Below are positions 35,800 through 48,245 of a stretch of DNA of 64,000 nucleotides, in pieces (position 1 is the stretch's first letter; each line of letters begins with the position of its first letter). This DNA comes from Mobula hypostoma. Lineage: Eukaryota. A program made the translations under genes and the position numbers. Below the pieces are notes generated by a model. That model saw only the letters and a list, made by a program, of their open reading frames with translations. It was not told the origin of the DNA and ran no database searches. The stretch is from the NCBI RefSeq assembly GCF_963921235.1, contig NC_086108.1, forward strand, positions 61,444,001 through 61,508,000. Reading direction: 5' to 3'.

Positions 35800-37287
35800 T
35801 TATAAGACCATAAGACCATAAGACATAGGAGCAGAATTAGGTCATTCAGCTCATCGAGTCTGCTCCGCGATTCCATCATAGCTGTTCCTGAATTCCACTC
35901 AACTCCATTCTTATGCCTTGTCATCATTTCCTTTGATGCCCTGTCCGATCAGGAAATGATCCACTTCAGTTTTAAATATACCCATGAACTTTGCCTCCAG
36001 AGCATTCCACAGATTTACTACTCTCTAGCTAAAAAAAAAAAATCCTCCTTACCTCTGGTCTAAAGGGTCATTTCTCAATTTTGTGCCCTCTAGTTCTGGA
36101 TACCTCCACCAAACCTATCCTCTTCATTTCAACATTCGGTAGGTTTCAATGAGATACTCCCACATTCTTCTAAGTATCAGTGAATACAGGCCCAAAGCTG
36201 CCAAACATTCCTCATAAGTTGACTCCTTCATTCCCAGAATCATCATCGTGAACCTCCTCTGGACTCTCTCAAATGACAACACATCCTTTCTGAGATATGG
36301 AGCCCAAAACTGTTGACAATACTCTAAATGCGTCCTGACTAGTGTCTTATAAAGGCTCAGCATTATCTCCATGCTTTTATATTCTATTCCCCTTGAAATA
36401 AATGTCAACAATGCACTTGCCTTCTTTACCACAGATTCAACCTATAAATTAACCTTCTGGAAGTCTTGCACGAGGATCCCTAAGTCCCTCTGCACCTCTG
36501 ATGTTTGAACGTTCTCCCCATTTAGTTAACAGCCTACACTATTATTCCTTTTACCAAAATGTATTATCATACATTTCCCAACACTGTATTCCATCTGCCA
36601 CTTTTTAACCCATCCTTCCAATCTGTTTAAGTCCTGCTGCAATTGCGTTGCTTCCTCAGCACTACCTACACCTACTCCTCCACCTATCTTCATATCATCC
36701 ACAAACTTTGCCACAAAGCCATTAATTCCATTATCTAAATCATTGACAAACAATGTCAAAGACAGCGGTAGAGCAGACTCGATGGGCCAAATGGCCTAAT
36801 TCTGCTCCTGTATCTTATGGTCTTATCTTATCTTATGGTCTCAATACTGATCCCTGAAGAACACCACCAGTCACCGGCAGCCAACCAGAAAAGGATCCTT
36901 TTTTCATACTCATTGCCTCCTGCCTGTCAGCTATTTCACTACCATGCCAGTATCTTTCCTGTAACACCATAGGATTTTATCTTGTTAAGCAGCCTCATGT
37001 GTGGCACCTTATCAAACGCCTTCTGAAAATCCAAGTAAATGACATCCACTGCCTCTCCTTTGTACACCCTGCTTGTCACTTCCTCGAAGCAAGTCACTTT
37101 GTGAGGAAAGATGTCCTTTTACAGAAACTATGCTGACTTTGACTTATTTTATCATTAGTCTCCAACTACCTCGGAACCTCATCCTTAATAATAGACTCCA
37201 GCACTTTCTCAGCCACTGAGGTTAGGCTAATTGGCCTATAATTTCCTTTCTTTTGCCCTCCTCACTTCTTAAAGAGTGAAGTGACAT
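35800..37287 (-). mobile_element. CR1 LINE RT-3' region inserted into the old PLE pLTR; contains a short opposite-strand CR1 tail at ~36770-36840
   Basis: ORFs 36526-36759 (VAKFVDD) and 36124-36432; (ataagacc)n tail at 35802. Confidence 0.9.
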
Positions 37288-37349
37288 CTTCTTCTATTCC
37301 CCACTCTGGCCTCTTAACCCTTCTCCTCACCTGCCTAGCACCTCTCCCC

Positions 37350-38215
37350 AGTGCTCCCCCTCCTTCCCTTTCTCCCCGGTGCCCCCCCTTCCCTTTCTCC
37401 CCGCTGCCCCCCCTTCCCTCTCTCCCCGGTGCCCCCCCTCCTTCCCTTTCTCCCCGGTGCCCCCCTTCCTTCCCTTTCTCCCCGCTACCCCCCTCCTTCC
37501 CTCTCTCCCCACTGCCCCCCCTCCTTCCCTCTCTCCCCGGTGCCCCTCCTCCTTCCCTTTCTCCCCGCTGCCCCCCCTTCCCTTTCTCCCCGGTGCCCCC
37601 CTCCTTCCCTTTCTCCCCGGTGCTCCCCTCCTTCCCTTCCTCCCCTGTGCCCCCCTCCTTCCCTTTCTCCCCGGTGCCCCTCCTCCTTCCCTTTCTCCCT
37701 GGTGCCCCCCCTTCCCTTTCTCCCCGCTGCCCCCCTCCTTCCCTTTCTCCCCGGTGCACCCCCTCATTCCCTTTCTCCCCGGTGCCCCCCCTCCTTCCCT
37801 TTCTACCCAGTGCCCCTCCTCCTTCCCTTTCTCCCCTTGCCCCTCCTCCTTCCCTTTCTCCCCGCTGCCCCCCTCCTTCCCTTTCTCCCCGCTGCCCCCC
37901 CTCCTTCTCTTTCTCCCCGGTGCCCCCTCCTTCCCTTTCTCCCCGGTGCTCCCCCCTTCCCTTTCTCCCCGGTGCCCCCCTTCCTTCCCTTTTCTCCCCG
38001 CTGCCCCCCCTCCTTCCCTTTCTCCCCGCTGCCCCCCCTCCTTCCCTTTCTCCCCGGTGCCCCCCCTCCTTCCCTTTCTCTCCGCTGCCTCCCCTTTCTC
38101 CCCGCTGCCCCCCTCCTTCCCTTTCTCCCCGGTGCACCCCTCCTTCCCTTTCTCCCCGGTGCCCCCCCTCCTTCCCTTTCTCGCTGGTGCCCCCCCTCCT
38201 TCCCTTTCTCCCTGG
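37350..38215. repeat. C-rich/G-rich minisatellite, unit ~22-29 bp (g[g/c]tgccccccctccttccctttctcccc), roughly 30 copies
   Basis: Directly visible tandem array, flanked on both sides by PLE pLTR sequence. Confidence 0.95.
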
Positions 38216-38537
38216 TCCACTCTCTTATCCTATCAGACTCCTTTTTCTCCAGCTCTTTACCCTTCCTACCCACCTGGTTTTACCTCTCACCTTCTAGCTA
38301 GCTCTCCTTCCCCCACCCACTCTTTTATTCTGGCTTCTTCCCTTCTTCCTTTCCAGTCCTGCTAAAGGCTCTCCGACCGAACCGTTGACTGTTTTTTCAA
38401 TTCCATAAATGCTCCCTGACCTGTTGAGTTCCTCTAGCATCTTGTGTGTGTTGCCCTCAATTTGTCTTGCCATTTAGCTTCCTGATGGGTGGGTTTCAAC
38501 AAGACTTGAATTAAGAAAGCTTTTACACTATCTTCAC

Positions 38538-39181
38538 ATGACACACACAAATGCTGGAGGAACTCAGCTGGCCAGGCAGCATCTATGGAGTAAAGTATAG
38601 TCGATGTTCCGAGCTGAGACCCTTTATCAGGATAGGAGAGAAAAAGATGAGGAGACGGAGTCAGATAGTGGGCGAGGGGAGGAAGAAACACAAGGTGATA
38701 GGTGAAACCGGGTGGTAGAGGGGGTGGGAAGAGGGGTGAAGTAAAGAGCTGGGAAGTTGATTGGTGAAAGAGATACAAGTGTTGGAATCTACTATTAAGG
38801 ATGAGGTTTCGAGGTAGTTGGAGACTACTGATAAGATAAGTCAAAGTCAGCATAAGGGAAATCTAGTAGGAGAGGAGAAAAGGCAATGCAAGTAAGAAAA
38901 GGGGAAGAAGCACCAGACAGAGGTGATGGATAGGTATGGGTATAAGGTGAGAGTGGGAAAAGGGTTTCACCTATCACCTTGTGTTTCTTCCTCCCAAACC
39001 CCCCGCCCCGCCCCACCCTACATCTGTGACTTCTCATCTTTTTTATCTCCAGTCCTAATGAAGGGACTCAACACGAAATGTCGACTCTTTTCCATAAATG
39101 CTGCCTGCCCTTCTGAGTTCCTCCAGCATTTTGTGTGTGGTGCTTGGAGTTCCGGCATCTGCAGAGTTTTTCTTCTTTGTG
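38538..39181. mobile_element. PLE pLTR foldback insertion
   Basis: Inverted pLTR ends with decayed hammerheads (~38599-38632, ~39051-39086). Perfect 11-bp TSD actatcttcac at 38527-38537 and 39182-39192. Confidence 0.88.
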
Positions 39182-39914
39182 ACTATCTTCACGTATATAA
39201 TTTTTCTTCATTTCATCTCAGGAGGGAGAACAATCTGAATAAATTGTTAACAGATGCAATGGTGAGTGTAGTGATCTGTCAGGAGCCACTAAAGCAGTCC
39301 TGTGAAAACTTTTCTGACGAGCTTTTCTCTCTCCTCCACCCACCAATGTGAAAATGCCTGGACTATCCTCAATGTTGTTACCTCTTTGGCATACCTAGCA
39401 AGTCAGTACTGTTCAAGCCAGAATCAGCATCAAATTCAGAAATACTTCATAGTTGTGGTGTATATTGTTCTGTAGTAAAGTCTAAATTAATGTGTATTTA
39501 GAATAAAATTTAAAATGATAGAATTAACACTGCCTGAAATGATAATAATAAATAGCAGCATTTATAATATAGATAAAGAAATGACTTATGAACCTATGAA
39601 CTTAACTTAAAAGATTGCAAATCATCTTAAAAGACTGCAAATAAGAACTTCATTTTAAAAGCTGGGAATATCTTCAACATTTCCCAGTCTGGGAATTCCT
39701 AAATGGTGGCTCAGGTGCTGTGCATACTGGTAACTGCAGTTTGTGATTTTAAAACTATGCACTAAGTGAGCACGAAAACAAATCAACATCTAGGCATTAT
39801 TCAACCTTTAAATGGATATGATATTAAATTTCCAGGAAACTATCAATTTTATATTAAAGACAACAAAAATAATAATGGGAAGATATCAGTAAAACCACAA
39901 AATTACAACTTTTT

Positions 39915-40690
39915 TATTCAAGATTGTTCAATATCATTTCCAGTGCACAAGTGTAAAGGAAAATGGTAAAATTGTTACTCCAGATTAGATGCAGCACTAA
40001 AAAGCACAATAATATAAAGAACACTATAATAAAATAACAGAATAGATAGAAACACATAAGATAGCTTATATACATAGATTGATTGCGTGTCCATAAAGTG
40101 ACACTTGGCACAGGAGTGTCTGTACATAAGGTGACTGACAGGAAATGATAAAGTTGAGCTGCTTGGGGGTGTGGAGGTGGAGGTGGAGGTGGGGGTTGGT
40201 GGGTGGAGGTGGTGATCAGACTTGCTACTTCTTGTGGAAACTAGCTATTTTTGAATCTGGTGGTCCTGACATGGATGCTACATAGCCTCCCTCCTGATAG
40301 AAGTGGGACAAACAGTCCATGAGCAGGGAGGGTGGAATCCTTCATGAAGAGATTGGCCTTTTTCCAGCACTTCTCTGTATATATGTCCATGATGGTGGCT
40401 AGGCTGGTAGTGATGGATTGGGCGGTTTTGACTAACTGTTGTACAGCCTTCCTGTCGCCACAGTGCAGTTTCCATAACATGCAGTAATGCATCTTCTTAG
40501 GAGACCCTCTTCTGTGCATCATAGAATGATATGAGTATAGGCGTATATAGTCCAACCTTTCTCAGCCTCCTCAGAAAATAGAGGCGTTGGTGAGCTTTCC
40601 TGATTGTATAGGATATGGTCAGGGACCACAAGAAGTTGTGTGAGATGTGCACTCCCAGGAGTTTGAAACTGCTCGTACTTTCCTTGGAAA
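39915..40690 (-). mobile_element. Rex1/Babar-type LINE 3' fragment
   Basis: SSFKLLGVHIS..KAHQRLYFLRRLRK; LFVPLLSGGRL..TTRFKNS. Confidence 0.85.
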
Positions 40691-40799
40691 CTGCAGTGGT
40701 TTTGGCATTATATTGCATTAGTGTCTAAATCTATTCTCACAATGCACAATTTGCAAAGCTTCTTCATTAATTCCTATGAATGGAAAATGAAAGAATGTT

Positions 40800-40940
40800 T
40801 TTAATTTTAGAGATACAGCACGGAGAAGGCCCTTCTGGCCCTTCATCCCGTGCCACCCCAGCAACTCCCAATAACCCCAATTTAACCCTAACCTAGTCAC
40901 GAGACAATTTACAATGACCTGTTAACCTCCAATCAATAGT
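40800..40940 (-). mobile_element. 3' half of the HE1/V-like SINE
   Basis: Homologous to 13535-13655. Confidence 0.75.
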
Positions 40941-41954
40941 AATTGGATTTGTGCTGCATGTTGCTATTTCAATGGCGTCCCACAGTCACGCTCAGGAAAT
41001 TAGCTTCAGTACATTAGGAACGACAAATACCAATTTATTCCTTGCAACCTAAATGACGAAACGTTCAATTTAACCAAGACAATTTTCTGTTTTCATTTTA
41101 ATCCAACATTGAACAAGGACACTTGAAAAAAACATATATATCTAACTTCCTAACAAAGACCACGGTGAACTCTCTCAGTCACATCTGCAGCAAGCCTGTC
41201 TGTTGACGTGATTGTCATTTCACAAATCAACTGCATATCCTCAAAGGGATCAACTGTGAATTCCAGGCAAGCAAGTTAACCAACAGCAACAATTCTTCTT
41301 CCCAGGGATTTCCTGAACTTCAATGACTTTCCTTTTTTAGAATACTCTCAAAAGAAATGAGCAGACCTTGCAGTGGGCTAATCCTTCAGATGAACCAATT
41401 CATCCAGCATCATAGTACATCAAATAATATGAAAGAAAACGGCTTTACGATCTATGCAGCATGCCAGGCTCTATCATTTCAAAGAGCTGTTTGGTTTCTG
41501 AAAACATTATGATTGATGAACAAAGTAAAATGAATGCAGATTTTTAAATTAATATGTTCCATTAAAATTTTTGTCGCTGTTTAAGTCAGTTCTCAAGTAA
41601 ATGTGTTGGAAAGGTAAAACACTCTGAGGTAAAATGACAAGAGAAAGTATAGTAAGATTCATGTTACTCAGCAAAATGGACTTATAGATACAACTTTTCC
41701 TGTCCTGGGGTAGCTCTGTGGGAGCCTTGCAATAAAACACATGAAGACATGTGGTGGTCTGCTATCCACTGCCTATCTTGAACAGATTGCACATACCACT
41801 ATCCACAGAACCAAGAGGCTGGAGTGAAGATCAGGGAAGAAAGCAAAAGTCTGGCATACGTTGATGATAAAAATCTAACCAGAAAGTTGATGGTAAACAC
41901 CTATTTACTATCTATCCCAAACCTTGCCACCCCTGTTGAGAAATAAATCAATAA

Positions 41955-42200
41955 AGGCATAGACTATTTTCTAAATGGGGAGAAAATTCAAAAAATCTGG
42001 GGTGCCATGGGGCTTGGGAGCCCTTGTGCAGGATTCCCTAAAGGTTAACTTGCAGGTTGGGTCAGTGGTGAGGAAGGACTGGAATGTGAGAGCAAGGATG
42101 TAATGTTAAGGCTTTATAGGCATTGGTCAGACCACACTTGGAGATTTCTGGACCCCTTATCTATGAAAAGATGTGCTTACATTGGAGGAGGTCCAGGAAT
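41955..42200 (+). mobile_element. CR1 fragment
   Basis: gatgtaatgttaaggctttataggcattggtcagaccacacttggag; matches 6780-6910. Confidence 0.75.
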
Positions 42201-43494
42201 GAGAGGATGGAGTGATGGAGGGCTTTCTTTAGTACTCGCCTTTAGCTACTTCTGCACTGTTTAATCAAGCTGTTCCTGCTGGGATCTGAAGGCAGAATGG
42301 CAGAGGGGTAAGGGTAGTGTAAAATTCAGATGCTTGCACTGTTCGCTGATTCTAAATCAGTAAAGGCTGTTGGACAAACAGAAAATGTGATGTTGAAGGG
42401 GGTGGTTTCAGTTTTTCCTGCTAGCCACGTTCTCACCAATAGACTTTCCAATATGACCCATACAATCCCCTCCATGTGGAAATGATGATATTGCTCTGTT
42501 TCCCCACTGAGTACCTTATACAGGCCCTGCCCTTGTACCATTTTGTCCTGCAAGAAAGGAGAAAGCAATTGTTGGTGCAAACTGTTTGGGTGATATGACT
42601 GCCAAATGGTCGAGCGTGCAAATTTTAAGATCTGGTGTGAAGCTTGAAGTGGTGCTAAGTACGTGAAGCTAAGGTAATTTGTGTAATATAAGCCCTGACT
42701 ATTTGATATTTAGCAGATGAGGGCTGGAGGTAAAATGAAATGCAGCTTGGTGTGCAGTTAGCAAGCTATGACATTTGAATATGTACTAACAGACTTTGAG
42801 CACACGTGTGAACTCACTGAATATTTGCAGAACCGCATCTGAGCCCTCGGCATTGAGTTTGACAGGAAGCTTCCCTTACGTCTCTGAGGCCAGAGAGTTG
42901 AAAATTGATCTCATGCATCTAAACTACACACACAATGTGGTCATTAGTACAGAATTAATCCTGCTTCCACAGTTTGCTCCACTGAAGTCGATAGAACCAA
43001 ATTATAGGAGCAGAGGACAAAAGACAACCTCTACCATCTTGCACAGTTAGCACAAGCAAGAAAAAAAACACATTGGAGATCTTCCTGGACTGACATGGAT
43101 ACAGGAGTTCTCCCTAACTTTACACTGCTTCTGCCAAGGCCTCCAGTGTAGAGTCTAAACACATTCTCTGACATGCTGTTTGCTTCATTAATGTTTCCAA
43201 GATCAGATTCATCCAGTGTCACTGTTACAGCTACAACGCGGTAAAGAAGGCAACTTGTTTACAACAACAGAGGGCAACTTTATCATGTGCTAGTCTAACT
43301 AAGTGTCACTCAGATAGTCCAGTATCAATCATCACGTCTGATGAAATAGTCACTGACTGTGGCATCAGATTGCAAAAATAACTGATATCTACTCATACTT
43401 TCACAGTTTGGGTGTCAAAAAACTATTTAGCACCGGACATGAATAAAGAGCTGAAGTATAAAGCTAAGGTGCTACTCTTGACATTTATCTGAAT

Positions 43495-43850
43495 GTGGCA
43501 TCAATGGGCCCTGGTAAAACTGAAGTCACTGAGCGTCGAGCAGAAAATACTCCAATAGCTGGAGTCATATGTTACCCACAGGGAGGTGCTTTTGGTTGTG
43601 GGAGATCAGTTATCCCTGCCGCTGGTTCAGGAAATCCTCAAGGCAGTGTCCCAGGCCCTATCACCTTCACCTGTTTTGTCAATGATCTCTTTTCAAACAA
43701 GTGACAGAAGCGAGAAAACTCTCTGACAATAGCAGTGTGTTCATTTTCATTCGTAACTCCTAAGCAAGTGATGCTGCCTATGCCTGCACAAGGCACACCC
43801 TGCACAACAGGCATAGGAGAAGAACATATTCCTTGCCACCTAATAACCAG
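43495..43850 (+). mobile_element. old CR1/L2-group RT remnant
   Basis: PQGSVPGPITFTCFVNDL. Confidence 0.6.
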
Positions 43851-46800
43851 TGAGATACAGTGAAGTGCTCACTCACAGTCACGGTTTGCTGGCACTGGCT
43901 GGATCTGTTATGAAATTCAAGATTCAAGATTGTTTAATGTAATTTCCAGTACACAAGTGTAAAGGGGAACAAAATTTTTTGTCAATCTTAACATCAGTAT
44001 CAAGCAAAGGGCAGTGACACTGTCATGTTCACTAAGGATAGAAACTAGAAATCCACCTACACACACCCTGCACCTTCATCAAAGTGAAAACTAGATTAAA
44101 TATAAATTTCACCTTATTTTTATTTTAAATATGTATTGAAGCTGTGGCAATAAAAAGTGAATTGCAGTTTATGTCTCAGTTATATTGTTGACAGTAACCC
44201 ACTTTGGAACATAAATTACACCACATGAAGCTCCCTTTTACATTTTATTTACCACATTAAGCAGCATTGATGAATGATCTATTTCATGGATTAAGAATAT
44301 TCAGGTCACAATACAAACTGGCACACAGCCAGCACTCTTCCTTCTCTTTCTGTTTACAACATTCTTAGATGAGAATTACAAGGTGTTAATAATTATCAAT
44401 TCAAACAATCAACCTTGCTTTCACGTAAATTTTAGGAACGGAGTCAGCCGACCAGTGAGTGAGAATCAATATGTTGATTAAGTTAAACAGGCATTGGGAA
44501 AATTTTGCATTGGAAATGTTGTAAAAACTCAGCAAGGTCAACCTAAATATGGGTTGTCTAGTCATTTATACATAGGCTTATTTGGTTGCTTTATCCAATG
44601 GATTGGGGATTGGGGCTTGCGGGGTGGGGGTGGGGGTGGGAGTGCGGGGTTCACTGTGGATGATGATCTCCTCTGTGCTCTTTGTGAGCTCAAGACTCCT
44701 TCATGAAAAGCCTTCATAAAAAATGCATTATATGTAGTGCAAAGAGCAAATTACCCCCATGATTACTATGCCTCATTGAAGAAAAATAATATACCTTTTA
44801 TATTTATTTACAAACTTTCTACAATTACTTAGTGTTTTTGTATGCACAGCTCTTGTCCAGTTTAGTCAGAGTTTAGCTCTGCAATAATGGCAGGATTGTA
44901 AGAAAGATATTTTATTTTGGCTCACAGTAATTATTATTGGCTCACAGTAATGCATTGTTGATTATTTTGGAACTTGCTGTGGTAAAATATTCTTAAAAGT
45001 ATACGCTAATCATTTGATTTCTTAAAAAATCTGATGTCTTAAACAAAGAGTATTTTTTTCAAACTTGATCTAACCAGAGATTGGTTCACTATGGGGTGGA
45101 AAACTTTGTGGTGACCTCATTTGCAATGAAGTTACATCAGTAGGATGCAAATTCACATATCACACTGTCACATGTTAAGAAACTGACCTAAATAGTTTTC
45201 CCAACAGCTTTACATTGACTGCAGTGGTCCTTTAAAAAATAGTATAAAATCTTTGTAGAGATGTATGAATATTTTTGAAATACATGCAGGCATACAGTAC
45301 ACTTCAAAGAAAATACTATATAAGAAAGTTGTAACCTTTTCATATAATTATATCCAATGTGCAAAAAATGTACAATGTTCTTGTTTATTAAAAAAACTAT
45401 AATGATTTTTATGCTGTTGCAAAATATATACAGTATTAGGAAACATAGAAACAAAGTAGGTTGATCCATAATAATGCCTGTGGAGAAGAAATTCAACTCA
45501 ACAAAATATACAATTGAATGTAAACACTGACCTGAATAAAATAAACTGTCACCTGAATTTCTTTGCATCTGATGTTACATTCAGGATGACTGCACCACCG
45601 AACAAACTCATTTTTGTGAGATATGCTTGTCACCCACTCGTGCTATCTCCCTCTTGCTAGCCAGTGTGTTGCATGAGCCATCTCACTCGTTCACTGAACA
45701 CCGCCAGAGTCTGAGCACGCTTTCTATTCCATGTGATGTTGCCAGGTTACCTCTCCCAAGAGGGGAGTGAAAGACTAGGTCGAAGTGACCAATCGAGCAA
45801 GAGTTCAAAGTTCATCTTTCAAATGTAGAGAATAAAATCAAAGGCCAGTATTCATTATGCGCCAACTCATTATGTGCCAGTTAAGCCCAATATCCTCCCC
45901 TATAGAGCTTCATAAACGTTTTGGCTGTGTTGTGTGACAATGACCCAGTAAATTCTGTCGACCCTCTGAGCATGCGTATTAACAATGCACAATTAAACAC
46001 TGAGGCATTGACCCTTCTCTTTCAGATCCTGCTTAATTTATCATAAGTAAAATAAAAATAATGCAGCACTTACAGATTATAATTTCTCAATATTTTTACT
46101 TTCAGAAAATGAATTTGCACTTCTTTGATAAATATTTAGTTCATAAGCTAATAAATATTTAGTTGTGGTTGATACAACATGCAAATGTTGTAATACAGAG
46201 CTCTTTGTCATGCAGAGATCTCCTTTATGTATTGTCTAACTTCACATTAACATTTAGTAACAAAACCTGTGGGACTATAGGTTTTTAACATATCTGGGAT
46301 CTTCAGATTTAGCTAACTCTAAAAATATTGAAAAACAAAATTTCCCAATATTCTATAGCATCTTCTTTACTCAAGTAGTTACTTAGACAAAAAAAAAGCA
46401 AAATAGCAGCAATATTCACATTGTGCACAAATCGCTGCTGATACTAACCATACAAATGAATCCTAGTTAATGCCATCCTTAAAGTAACACAGAATTTAGT
46501 ATACTGAATGCTTGAACTAACAGCAATTTTGGGATTAACAGAAGGTATGAATAATGCTTATAACACCTGAAGTACTTATTTCACTCCTCCTTGAAAGAAT
46601 GTTAATCTCTATTTCCCTTGCGACAAATTCTGCTATGTATCAGAAACTTTAATCCCAAAAGAGAATGGGAATGTATTCATTTTTGATTGCTGATTTTGAT
46701 CACCATGTGAACCCTACAAACACATTTCCATTTGCTTTAATGAAACTTATTCGGAGACCATCTACAGCATAAACAAAACAGTGGTGTTCAAGCTTACTGA

Positions 46801-47124
46801 TATCACTGTTCGATGAGATATGTTCTGGTGTTGTGCAGTCGCATGTTACTGAAGATGTCCTTTCATTCTCTGTTCTGTTTCTCAGTCCTGTCCCAACAGC
46901 AACCCCCTCTCCTCTCTGATACCTCTCCCTCTACAATTATCACATTCTAATTCATTTCTCAACTCCCATACCCTATTCTTTTTCCATCTCCATATTTTGC
47001 AATCCCCCACTTTTATTTATCTTCCCCCCCTTTCTCTGTATATGATTCCTTCCCCAATCTGATTTCCTGTGTACTACCCCATTCTGATTTCATGAACTCT
47101 CTTCTTAACAATTTGATCATTTTT

Positions 47125-47602
47125 CATAGAACCACAGAACACGACAGCACAGAAAACAGGCCATTTGGTCCTTCTAGTCTGTGCCAAAACTTTATTCCGC
47201 CAGTCCCATTAACCTGCGCCCAGTCCATAACCCTCCAGACCTCTCCCATCCATGTACCTATCCAATTTATTCTTAAAAGTTAAGAGTGATCCTGCATTTA
47301 CCAAGTCAGATGGCAGCTGGTTTCAGACTCCCACCACTATCTGAGTGAAGAAGTTCCCCCTAAACCTTTCCTCTTTCACCCTAAAGCCATATCCTCTTGT
47401 ATTTATCTCTCCTAATCTGTGGAAAGAGTCTACTCACATTTACTCTGTCCATACCCCTCCTAATTTTGTAAACCTCTATCAAATCCCCCCTCATTCTTTT
47501 ACGCTACAAGGAATAAAGTCCTAACCTGTTCAATCTGTCCCTGTAACTCAACTCCTGATGACCCGCCCACATCCTAGTAGATCTTCTCTGCACTCTTTCA
47601 TC
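47125..47602 (-). mobile_element. CR1 3' fragment
   Basis: catagaaccacagaac tail; ccaccactatctgagtgaagaag (FFTQIVV on the minus strand). Confidence 0.85.
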
Positions 47603-48009
47603 CAGCCTCCTTTCTCCCCGTTTTGACAGTTGGCTCCTCATCCCCCTCATTACCAACTCCACAATCCTCTAAACTCTTCCTCCCTCGATCTTTCTTTTAC
47701 TTGCCGATCGACCAACCTGTCATCTCCACCCCTCCATAATAAACAACTGCCAACAGTGTAAATGGCACTTCATCCTGTCAGAAACAGACTCCAGCTAATT
47801 GCACACTTGTACCTTCATGCCCCAATTGAGAGCTCACCCTAGAGTCTCTGAAACTTTCATAAATTACAGGAGATTCATGTAAAATCCAGGGAATTCCCAG
47901 GGAGCCTTATTAAATACAGAAAGTAACCAAATGGACACAGTTGCCCAATTTTCCTGGAACTAAAACAACTTGTTTATGTAGAATATGCTCTCTTCACATT
48001 ACTACAAAC

Positions 48010-48245
48010 AAGGACAAGGTACAGGAGCCTCAAGTCCTATTCTCAATCTTTTAAGAACAACTTCTTCTCCTCTGCCATCAGATTTCTGAGTGGTCCATGA
48101 ACCCACGCACACTGCCTCATTATTTCTTTTTTGCATTATTTATTTTATTTTTGAAATTTAAAGTAATTTTTATGTCTTGCTTGGTGCTACTGCTGCAAAA
48201 CAACAAATTTCACAACTTAAGTTAGTAAAATAAACCTGATTCTGA
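48010..48245 (+). mobile_element. Rex1/Babar-type 3' end
   Basis: aaggtacaggagcc..gaacaacttctt..aataaacctgattctgat; same tail as 24661-24740 on the opposite strand. Confidence 0.7.

Larger units (their letters stand above)
31130..38460 (+). mobile_element. old Neptune-type PLE (RT, GIY-YIG, pLTR) split into pieces: ~31130-32086, 32430-33029, 35569-35800, 37288-38460
   Basis: DVQCLYTAIPHQEG (RT) and KNAIPF..PVLTYHP. The GIY-YIG region resumes after a TSD at 35569. The pLTR ends with a decayed hammerhead at ~38354-38391. Confidence 0.8.

Noticed and set aside
37350..38215. CRISPR-like appearance of ~28-bp repeats
   Set aside because: Units are contiguous with no unique spacers; eukaryotic context with no cas genes.
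37262..38365. Long ORFs (291-338 aa) in several frames, Pro-rich or Gly/Glu/Arg-rich
   Set aside because: Products of a stop-free minisatellite, open on both strands; not a collagen- or extensin-like gene.
1251..39192. Sequence-specific target site shared by PLE TSDs
   Set aside because: The eight TSDs (10-14 bp) are mostly AT-rich but share no evident consensus.
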